Assembly (NCBI GenBank): GCA_038087875.1
Contig: CM075990.1
Span: 15,936,001-15,996,000 of the forward strand
Direction: 5' to 3'
Length of the DNA stretch: 60,000 nucleotides
Source of the DNA: Malacoraja senta
Lineage: Eukaryota
Shown here one piece after another: positions 50,326 through 60,000 of this stretch. The stretch's first letter is position 1. The number at the start of each line of letters is the position of its first letter. Made by a program: the position numbers and the translations under genes. The notes below the pieces were generated by a model. That model searched no databases. It was not told the DNA's origin and saw only the letters and a program-made list of their open reading frames with translations.

Positions 50326-52103
50326 CTGTAATAAAAAGGAAAGCGACAACTAATAAAATCATGAAACAAAATTGACTTCAAGTACAAAACAGTAAACAGG
50401 ACTTTTTAAATTATATTTTCACAAGCCTAGTTTCTCTGGAAAACCACATATTTTGTCATTTTGTGATTTTTTATTGAAAAAGGTTATTGAAAATTAGGTT
50501 TAAAGCCAAGTGGAGGAAAGCTTGTGCAATTTGTATAGCATAGTTGCCCGACTGCATTGCCCTATTCTTTGCAATCGACAAGAAAGATACGTGAGTAAAT
50601 CCAATGACTGTAATATTTTAACCAAAGATGAAAAGTTTTATTTTCTGAACTTGTATAACTTTAAATTGAAGCCAAAGTATACAGGGAAAGAAAATGCTAG
50701 AGAAAGACTATTGTGGATTGTAAAATGGCCGACAAACGACATTCAATAAATCAGGTTTCACGCTTCCCAGCAAAACCTTTGAACAACATTTCCCATCAAA
50801 GCTTTTGAACATCAGAAGCATATTTCAGGCAATATGTTAGCAACATGCTTTGCTTTCCATCCTTTCATACCTTCACAATTAGTGCAGTAATAAAAATAAT
50901 ATATTTACCACACCATTTCAGGCGAATTTTAACTGAAAGGAGCAATTGAGAGATATTGCGTGCACAAATGTTCCATCTTGACAACTACGTAGCTTTTCAC
51001 GGAGTTAAATGATCATATAAAACAATCCGTGATAAAACTGAAGCTTCCAATGCAGCTAAAATTATCTTATTAACCATTAAAGGATGAATGAGCATGCAGT
51101 TATCCAACCATTGATAAGTATGTGGAAATGAGGATAATTAAATAAATCACTAATAGCAAAAGCTTGAGCAGCTCTAACGCTTGTGGGCCAAATATTATTC
51201 AAAATGCTGCCACAATAGTTTTCAAAAGTATTCCAGTGAATTACTAAGTACTTAAAAAGCGGATTAAGACAAGTTTAGTGTCTGCATATTAAGTGAACAC
51301 AAAAATATTGTTTTTGTAAAGTGCAGGGATGGGTGAGAGAAGGGCGAAGAGGAGGAAGTAAGGTTTTACTGCCTTCCTGCGGACTGCACTGATACATGCA
51401 CTGGTCAGGTAGATAAGGTGGTCAAAAAGGCTTTTGGCCCATTAGCCTTCTTCAGTCTGTCTGACCCGCTGAGTTACTACAGCTTTTTGTGTCTATCTTC
51501 GGTTTACACAGCAACTGCAGTTCCTTCCTACACTGACAGATTTTTTTAGATCCAGCTGGCATCACAATTTAATGTCCCATTTGAAAGCTGGCACAGCCGT
51601 TGGTACTTCCAATGTGTCAGCCGACATTCCCATAGTCATGTTTAAAGTGAACCTTGAACTTCAAACCTTCAGATTTGGAACCAAGTATGCTACCAACTGA
51701 GTCTTGACTGACACATTACAAATTATTGCAGCAAAGGCTTGTAATCAGAATTTGCCTTGCATATTAGTTGACGATGTTAATATATAAACATGTCACAAAG
51801 GCCAGGATATGTGATAAGAAGCAGCATAGAAATTGGCATCCTTTGGTGAAGCAGTAACCCCTCTCTGTCAGTGACTCCTTAGCAAACACAGTTCTGAAGA
51901 CTGGACCAGTCTTCACTCCCTGAACAAATAGTAATTTGTAAAACATGTTTTTTTATTTGTTTGCGTATTGCATGCACAGACATAGATCGCTGCTGATAAT
52001 GGATGTAATTCTCGGCAAACATTATGGGCAATAACAAAATGCAGAACATCAGAGTACACGAGTGCCTCACTGACATGGGGTCCACCTGCAGTATTGATCT
52101 CAC

Positions 52104-52287
52104 CTCCAGCAGCTTATCTCCAGTTACCAGTCCGTCGGGGCCTTTAGCCGGGCTGTCATCTTCAACCTTTACCACAAACACTCCATACAGATTCCCTCCA
52201 CAAATCTGGATCCCCAGATCCATCTGTGTCTTCTTCAGGAATAGAAATCTTGGCTCAAAAGTTTGATTGGTTGAATCAATAGACCTC
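52104..52287 (-). CDS. dlg5: DLG5 exon, N-half of PDZ4
   Basis: cag|G...GAG|gtgag; 184 nt; RSIDSTNQTFEPRFLFLKKTQMDLGIQICGGNLYGVFVVKVEDDSPAKGPDGLVTGDKLLE. Confidence 0.95.
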
Positions 52288-53118
52288 CTGTTGAATTAAA
52301 AATGGTGAATATATACATCCATAGATGAATATTGATAAATGCATGAGAAATTAACAAAAATATGTACAAAGAAACGCTGGTACTTTAAATTATGCTATAT
52401 CCATTCCCGTCCTCAATTTACCTTCATATTGGAGACCTAAAGTTTTAAAAAAGATTTTTGCCCAATATTACACCAATAGAGATTCTCCTTGGAATTATTT
52501 TGCATTCCTTATAAATGTTCCTATGCTATCTAAGACGATGGCTCCTTATTGCTGTAAAGACAGCATGCCTCAATAGTGATCACTCTGATAGATTTTCCAT
52601 TCATTTGTTCAATTGCATTGTTCAGTACAACTCTGATAATTCAGCACCTTTGGGATGTTTGATGCCAGACTAGCAGAATTCTGGATGTTTCGTCTTTCCG
52701 ACCTCAAAGAGGGAGGGGAGTGGACATAGAAAGGGAGCTCAGCAAACAATACCCTGGGTCAGTTTAAAGTGAGCTTTGGAAAGGGAAGCCGCAAACTTCA
52801 CCAGATGAGCCAAATGCCAAAATATCGAATAGATTTCTGAGGTTTTACTGTACTTTCTTACCGCTGTCACAACTATGAACACAGACATCACTCTTGGCCT
52901 TCCCTGATCTCCATGGATCAGCTTGTTGCTGGAAAAAGTTGCCACGTCATCTTACGATCATGTTCATGTAATAATGAATACATTGATTCTTGAGAAAACA
53001 CTTCCTTCCTCACTGATTTTTTATTCTTTTGAACCCTAAAGAATGTGGCCCCTGGTTGTGCATGGAGGCAGTTTCTGGGATCAATAACCTTGCTACTGTA
53101 GTCAAATGGCAGTTATAG

Positions 53119-53432
53119 GGGGCAGCACGCAGCAGTAGAGTTGCTGCCTTACAGCGCTTCGAACGCCGGAGACCCGAGTTCGATCCCAACTATTGGAGCT
53201 GTCTGTACGGAGTTTGCATGATACCCCCCATGACCGCGAGGGTTTTCTCCGAGATCTTCGGTTTCCTCCCAAACTCCAAAGACGTACAGAGATGTAGGTT
53301 AATTGACTTGGTATGTGTGTAAATTGTCCCTCGTGTGTGTAGGATAGTGTAAATGTGCGGGGGATCGCTGGTCAGCGCAGACTCGGTGGGCCGAAGGGTC
53401 TGTTTCCACGCTGTATCTCTAAAACTAAAACT
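53119..53432 (+). mobile_element. V-SINE in a dlg5 intron
   Basis: Homology to 12336-12648; (ctaaa)-type tail. Confidence 0.85.
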
Positions 53433-54038
53433 TATCAAAATGAGATTGGACAGCAGGATTCAATCGGACACGGGCATCACTGATAAACCCAATCCTGTCA
53501 TAAAAAAACATTCACATCATCAACATTTAAATGCCTTGTGTGAGATCAGCTATATAAATACTAGCACTCCAAAGCAACATGACGGACCAGGGAAAGACTC
53601 CTGAATATTGAAGTAGTCTTAGTTATTTAAATTTTAGGGTTGCCGAGTGAAGCGATAGACATCTAACCACCAAACATAAATCTACAACAACATAAAGGGT
53701 AATCACGATAGATTCCAAATTCTTAGCTGTAAAAATAAACCCAGATTGCAAATCTCGACACCAAGTCATTTAACGGTGCACGATGTTTACATTATTCATT
53801 CTATTTTAGGCTGCACTAAATATTCACAATTCTATGTTGGGTAAAAATATGGAAAGTACTCAGCAATATTTTGGAAATTCACTTTTGAAGCAGTAATAGT
53901 TTTGAAGGCATTATTTATTTTCCGTTCAATATGTTAAATTGAACCACTCTCTTCAGAGTGGCAGAATTATAGAAAGAGTGGGTGGTCCACATAACGAGGT
54001 TGTGAATAGAAAATTGAGTGAAAACTCAAAAGCTTTAT

Positions 54039-54383
54039 GGGCCTGTCCCACTTTCACGAGGTAATTCACGAATTATCCCTAGTTTTCCCCTGATTCAAAC
54101 TCGCAGAATGTTCGTAACGAGTCCGTAGGAGTTCGTAGATATATCGTAGCGGCTCGTTATGCTAGCCGTACGTATTCGGGGCATCAGGTAAGTCGGGACG
54201 TTTTTTCCAGCCCAATGAAAAATGTCCACGAGTAAAAAAAGTCGGGATGAAAAAAATTGCAACTTTTTACTCGTAGTTAATTTGTGGGCAGACCGTGATA
54301 GGCCGTGAGGGTAGTCGTAGGTAGTCGTGGGTTCTCGTAGCTCGGCAGCTGGACAGAGAAAAAACGGTGAGTGAAAAAAAAAA
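54039..54383. mobile_element. one-ended (truncated) MITE related to 5491-5716
   Basis: gggcctgtcccactttcacga left end and shared internal aaatgtccacgagtaaaaaa; no right TIR. Confidence 0.75.
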
Positions 54384-54432
54384 GCTTAAATCAACATCAG
54401 CTTAAATCAACAAGGCTCTGTTGACAACTGAC

Positions 54433-54597
54433 CTAATCGAGTTGCGTGGACTAGTGGTTGGGGTAGTTTGCTTCGACGGGGGTGTAATTGTTCCTTCGTC
54501 CTGTTCACTCACAGCATCAATTATCGAGTGATTGTCAGGCGTTGTTGCTCCACTGCCGTGGGGAGTTGAATGATTGCTTATTGGATCCAATCGAGAA
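54433..54597 (-). CDS. dlg5: DLG5 exon, PDZ3-PDZ4 linker
   Basis: tag|T...AG|gtcagt; 165 nt, phase 2-2; SRLDPISNHSTPHGSGATTPDNHSIIDAVSEQDEGTITPPSKQTTPTTSPRNSI(R). Confidence 0.93.
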
Positions 54598-55164
54598 CTA
54601 GTAAACACAGATCACATAGTTAGGAGACGCAAGAGACTGACGATCCTGCAATCTTGGGCAGAAGTCCAACAGCTCGGGGGAATCAAAGAGTCAGGTTGGT
54701 TGGACAGATTGATCGCAATCCAAAACGTTGTTTGTCAATTTCCCTCCAGAGATGCTGTCTGACTCGCCGAGTCCCTCCATCAATTTGTTTTTGCACACAA
54801 TTACGAACTGATTCACATGTAGTTATTGAAAGATCAAAACCGCTTTCAGAACAGCAAATTTATCTAGCTTGTATTATCAAACAGATTTAATAGACCAATA
54901 TATTCTGATCTATCAATTAGCAGCACAGCTACTGGAAACTGCAGACAATTTTGTTAATTTGCCACCACTAATACACTGCTAATGTCTCTCAAATTTCTGT
55001 GGGGACCATTGAAAAATTGGCAACTGCTATTTTGGTTATTTAATATTAAAATAGGATTCAATATCACCTTGCAAACAAGAGAATGAGCAAACGGTGAATT
55101 GTTTAATTAAGGAAAACCTACTCTGCTCCTTTGGTCCCATTGAAATATGAAAGGGACCCAAGAT

Positions 55165-55555
55165 AGTCATGCAACGTGGAAACAGGGCCTTCAGCCCAAC
55201 CTGCCCTGCCGACCAAGATGTCCACTTACACTAGTCCAACTTGCCCGCATATAGCCCATATCTCTCTAAATCTTTCCTATCCATGTGTCCATGTCCAAAT
55301 GTACTTTAAATTAAGTTATAGTATCTGCCTCAACTATCACCTTTGGCAGCTCGTTCCATATACTCACCACCCTCTGTGTGGGAAAGTTGTCCCTCAGAGT
55401 CTAAATTAAATCTTTCCCTTCTCACCTTAAACCAATGTCATCTGGTTCTTGCTTCCCCTACTCTCAGTAAAATACTCTGTACATCTACCTATGTAGTCCC
55501 CTCATGATCTTGTACACCCCTATAAAAAAATCACACTCTGCCTCCTGTGTTCCAA
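55165..55555 (-). mobile_element. CR1 LINE 3' fragment
   Basis: Homologous to 13148-13545. Confidence 0.8.
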
Positions 55556-55680
55556 TGGGAGTATTCATTTAGTCTTGAAATGTTTACTTAACACATTAAG
55601 TTCAATCAATAGCAATAACCTACTGAGCTACTGAAAGACATCAGTGCATAGGTTCTAATTTGTACTGTTGCGGGTCTCAC

Positions 55681-55820
55681 CTGGAGCGAGAATGGTTTCC
55701 CAGTTGATACATGTGAGGGTTATATTGTGCCAAGATGGTGATAGTTTCGCAAGGCTCTGTTTGTCCAATAATTAACCGAGCCTGCTGCTCTGTGGCATTC
55801 CTCAAATTAATACCGTTATA
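55681..55820 (-). CDS. dlg5: DLG5 exon, C-half of PDZ3
   Basis: cag|TAT...AG|gtgag; 140 nt; YNGINLRNATEQQARLIIGQTEPCETITILAQYNPHMYQLGNHSRS(S). Confidence 0.96.
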
Positions 55821-56574
55821 CTGTGAAAATATATTAAAATACAACGTTTACCTAAATATTGAACATCACAAATGAATACTTTCTTAAACATTCTAATGCA
55901 GGGGTGGGGATGAACGAAAGCGTGCAGGGGAACCAAAAAAAAACAAGGAAGCATGAAAAAAAGCAGAAGAAAGTGAAAGAAAGCTTTTCTTTTAACATCT
56001 TACATGTATTCAGGGTTCATGAAGTACTTTCCAGGCAATTAATTACTTTTCAGCTGAAGAAAACAAAAATGTGCACCAGCCACAAACAATAATGCTTTAA
56101 ATGATCCAGGAACCTATTTGAGTTAGTTTGTCAAAGTTCACCACAAATATAGGAAGCTCACTATATAAGTATGTGGAAGCATGTATGTCCATGTTGACAA
56201 GCAGTCTCTCCATTTTCTCTCTCCGTTAAAGCACAACGGTCTCCATTACTTGGTGAAGCCCAACTTGGAACCATGATTTCTAGCATCTGACTCACAGGTG
56301 ACAGTGCTACACTGAATCAAGCTAAGACATTATTAGTATGAACAATGTCACAGCATAGTGTAGGTGGAAGGTCAATTCTGCTGTGCAGTGGTAGTCACTT
56401 CACAATCTTGGCCACTGCAATATCAATGCCAGTTACACAGCGATTGTGCCACTCTAAGTGTTAAAAGTAGCAAGTGCAATATACCGAGCTGGAAGAATTT
56501 GACCGAGCTCTTTCCTGAAGGTGGAGGAAACATGAGAATTTTGGAAAACAAAATAATTGTAATGTAAATCATCT

Positions 56575-56885
56575 GCAGCACAGTCGTGCAGCCAGTAGAG
56601 CTGCTGCCTCATTACTCCAGTTATCTGGTTCAATCTTGACTTTTGGTGTGTCTTCATAGAGTTTGCATATTCTTCCTGCGGCCATATGGATTTCCACTGA
56701 TGGCTCTCGTTTCCTTCCACATCCCGAAGATGTACAGGCTAGTAGATTAATTGGATACTGTAAATTGCTCCAAATGTGGATCAGCTAATTGATGGGAATT
56801 GTAGAGAAATATGTTACAAGAAAAATTGGGATTGCTCTACGATCTACATGGATTTTGTGGGCTGCATGGCCTCTCTCTATGTGGT
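56575..56885 (+). mobile_element. old diverged V-SINE
   Basis: Recognisable head and core, heavily mutated. Confidence 0.65.
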
Positions 56886-57849
56886 TAGGAAATGTGATAT
56901 ACGTTATTTGTTTTAGTTTTGGACGCATTTACAGTGAGCACCAAATTATAGTACAATTCAATTAGTTTTTTAACATTTAAAATAAAGTTTGCAATCATTC
57001 CATGTATTGCCGCGGTAGATTCATTCTATAAATGGGAAACAAGTAGTCAATTTCCTGAGTGCATCCCATATATCGTAGCAAGGGCTGTGGCGTGCACTGA
57101 TGATGGAAACTATTGAGGACCACTGCTTTGAAAGATTGCTGGATATTTTTGGAGACTCATCTCATAAAGACTCAATTGCAATCAATACCTGCTCATGACA
57201 AGGATTTTTCTGCACAGCAATTCGGGAAAATAAGAAAAGGAAAATAACGCAGTTCCTTGCGATGGTTAAGTTGAAACTGAAATGTATGGAGAAAAGAACT
57301 TCTGGCAATGTGTGGATCTGAATTAGTTATCTGCAACTTGTAACTGGAATCAGACGGTAATTACAGGGATACAAAATGCCAGAGTAACTCAGCGGGACAG
57401 GCAGCATCTCTGGAGAGAAGGATCGGGTGACATTTCAGGTCAAGACCCTTTTTCTGTCATATACAGAATTAAGACTTAGGGACCCTATTTCAAGAAACAT
57501 CTGCAAAGTATGTTATTTGAATATATAGAAGGGGTAAAGTGCAATGTCTAAATGATGATCTCTTCTTTCGAAATCCCATACAGTGTGGGTGAACTGGCCA
57601 GGTGATACTAACGTTCACACATTGCAGCAATCATCCTCCACAATCCCATATTGTGACTGACATGAGTCCAATGAACAAAAGTGCAAGACATCTCTGCCTA
57701 AAGTAATGGAAATAATTCCAATTGACTGAACTGAATTCAATTGGATGTTCAGTGCTGATTACACCATTTGCACTGTGAAATTTGAATAAATAACAACTTA
57801 AGTAAGATATGTTCCTTATTAACATGACTCAACCACAAGAATGTTTTAC

Positions 57850-58012
57850 CTCAAGTAATTGGTCACCGTATTCAAGTCCTGCTTGATGAGCGATGCTTCC
57901 ACCAATTACTTTTGAAACAAAAATGCCTCCATTTTCTCCACTGACAATGGAGATTCCAAGGGGCTCAGCTCCTTTCTGTACTGTCACATGACGGGGTTCA
58001 TGTAGATATGGC
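57850..58012 (-). CDS. dlg5: Discs large homolog 5, exon encoding the N-half of PDZ3
   Basis: aaag|G...GAG|gtaa; 163 nt; translates (R)PYLHEPRHVTVQKGAEPLGISIVSGENGGIFVSKVIGGSIAHQAGLEYGDQLLE, matching DLG5 PDZ3. Confidence 0.96.
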
Positions 58013-58310
58013 CTTTAAAACAAAATCACTTTATAAGTGGTACAGTTGTTATCTGCAGATACGATACTTAATTAAATGAGGCAAAATAAATTCTGCATAG
58101 ATTCTGTTTTTAAACTCAGAAAATTGAACAGGTACTAAAAATTGGGGATCTAATCTGTTCCAGGCAGACATTTGTGTATGCAATGTGAATCGGGCGCAGA
58201 AGGGCAAGTGGCCAACAGTTCTGTCACTGTGACTGCGTTGGATCCAAGTGGAGACCTGTACTGCCCAGAGTTTATCCTTTTGTCACTAGCATTGAAGACT
58301 AATGACAGAA

Positions 58311-58402
58311 AAACACAGGTCTGGAGGAACTCAGTGGCAATTGCATGATCTGCTGAGTTCCTCCAGCACTTTACAAGATTTCACCATCTCCAGTCTCTAC
58401 TC
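58311..58402. mobile_element. old short palindromic Penelope-derived insertion
   Basis: ctggaggaactcag / ctgagttcctccag inverted; flanking direct repeat atgacagaa at 58302-58310 and 58403-58411. Confidence 0.55.
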
Positions 58403-58984
58403 ATGACAGAATAGTTAGCAAGTTGTATTCTGCCTCCAAATTTTATTTCACTGAAGCAAATGGATCGCCGTGACCAATTATTTAATATGTCACGCAATAC
58501 CAACAAGAAGTGATTTTCTTGACATTTTTCCAGTGATCATTCTTACATTTAATTAAGCACACATGCAAATATTCATTGATAATGCATAGACCCTGGAATA
58601 TATTTTGTATTTGGTCAGATTTCTTACAGTTTGAGCACAAGGCAAAGTGAACAGAATGCATACTGCAAAGTACATTAGCATCATAATTCAAGGAAGATAG
58701 AGCTATAAATGTCTCACAATTTTGGTATCTATCCTGACAGCAACCAAAAAGGTAAAGATATACAAGAAATTTGCATTGCACATTTTTCCAGTGCAATTAA
58801 TTTTATTTGTGATATGTACATCTAAATCAACATTGCATAACTAGCTAAGCATTGCAAACACTTTGCTTTTACACTAATATTGCATTCTCAAATTCCTTCT
58901 GGAGGATCAATGCCTGAGCTAACTGATATAGTGCAAATTATTAACGGTGGAATCCCATTGTTACAAAATTAGAAGAAATTTTAG

Positions 58985-59285
58985 GGAAAAGTGGGAGGGT
59001 CTAGGACCAGAGGGCACAGCCGTATAATAAAAGGACCGAACTTAAAAAAAGTTGAAGAGGAGGAATTGCTTTGGTCAGAGGGTGATATATTTGTGAAATT
59101 CGTTGCAACAGACAGCTGTGGAGGCCAAATCATTAGGCATTTTAACGGTGGAAATTGACAGATTCATATGGGTGTCAAGAGTTATAGGGAGAATCGGGTT
59201 GAGAGGGAAAGATAGATGAGCCATGATCCATCGCAGAATAGACTTGATGGGCAAGATTGGCTTAATACTGCTCTAATTACATGAA
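58985..59285 (+). mobile_element. CR1 LINE 3' fragment
   Basis: Homologous to 310-505. Confidence 0.75.
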
Positions 59286-59358
59286 ACATATGAAAATACA
59301 TGTTTCCATTGTTGATTTCATTTTTTTATTTCCATAAACATACTGGTAGACTCCTATG

Positions 59359-59466
59359 ATGGTGGCTTCTAAAATGGTGTAACTCCTTTAATGGTGGCTT
59401 CTATAATGGTGTAACTCCTTTAATGGTGGCTTCTATAATGGTGTAACTCCTTTAATGGTGGCTTCT
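59359..59466. repeat. 32-bp tandem repeat, 3.4 copies
   Basis: atggtggcttcta(t/a)aatggtgtaactccttta starting at 59359, 59391, 59423 and 59455. Confidence 0.95.
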
Positions 59467-59979
59467 TATCTCATACTTTGCCAACCTGACAATTCTTCCA
59501 CATGTAATCACAAATAAAATCTTGCTCAAGTGCTACATGCATTGCTAACGTTAGAGGTCAGAATAATTGGGTTAAACACAGTCATAAACAATATTGTTTT
59601 ACCAGTACAACACATCGGTGTTATATTGACTATTCCTAAATTGTTCTTCTCTACAATATATTTTTATTCACTACTTATAGGACAAACCCTAATCATTGTT
59701 GCAATTAGTGAAATACTGTGATTTCTAAAGTCAGTACGCCACTTGACATAACATGGCAGAAGTTACTTTTCATTTTTTGCCACTGAGATAATTAATTAGC
59801 TGCTGCCAGGCACACTAGGGTAACTCAAACACTTCTCAGCCTTGGAGAGATTAAAGCTGCCATGCAAGAGCTCCTAGACACAAAAAAGCAATAATTACAA
59901 AATAGGAAATGACACACATAAGGAAATCAAGAATTACAAACAGGAAAGCAGAAAGCAAGCTAATTTTTAACAGGCCAAC

Positions 59980-60000
59980 CTCAGACTCCGAAGTGATGAG
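59980..60000 (-). CDS. dlg5: 3' edge of a probable alternative dlg5 exon upstream of PDZ3 (truncated by the window end)
   Basis: C TCA TCA CTT CGG AGT CTG AG|gttggc. The phase-2 donor fits the phase-2 acceptor at 58012, giving ...SSLRSLRPYLHEPR. YGCY and TGCATG motifs lie downstream. Confidence 0.5.

Noticed and set aside
51879..52223. 114-aa ORF as a standalone PDZ protein
   Set aside because: It is a dlg5 exon plus read-through past the GT donor at 52103. The same applies to ORFs 47086-47382, 44305-44487, 50125-50349 and 54402-54608.
59359..59466. CRISPR-like array (also considered for 26729-26860)
   Set aside because: The repeats are contiguous with no unique spacers, in eukaryotic context with no cas genes.

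Overview
Vertebrate genomic DNA from a cartilaginous fish, most likely a skate or ray. The assignment is inferred from the HE1/V-SINE-like, CR1/HER1-like and Penelope repeat set. The right part (~34.7-60 kb) holds the 3' end of dlg5 (MAGUK scaffold Discs large 5) on the minus strand. It comprises 12 GT-AG exons with consistent phases (1762 coding nt; PDZ3-PDZ4-SH3-GK to the stop at 36464), a ~1.7 kb repeat-free 3' UTR, and the edge of a probable alternative exon at the window end. The left ~34.7 kb is non-genic and repeat-dense, with V-SINEs, CR1, L2, Rex1/Babar and RTE LINE fragments, TIR MITEs and GC-rich non-autonomous retroelements. The most notable signal is about 20 copies of a Penelope-derived sequence carrying a minimal hammerhead ribozyme core (CUGANGA-stem II-GAAAC-GUH). 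It occurs as discrete TSD-flanked ~135-bp units and as TSD-flanked palindromes, and one copy with an intact core lies sense in a dlg5 intron. Other highlights are an RTE LINE with a 61-bp target duplication, a GC-rich retroelement family that appears to swap LINE 3' tails, MITEs carrying retroelement cargo, and local templated duplications. Family names come from recalled motifs, not database searches. Repeat boundaries without a TSD or TIR are approximate.
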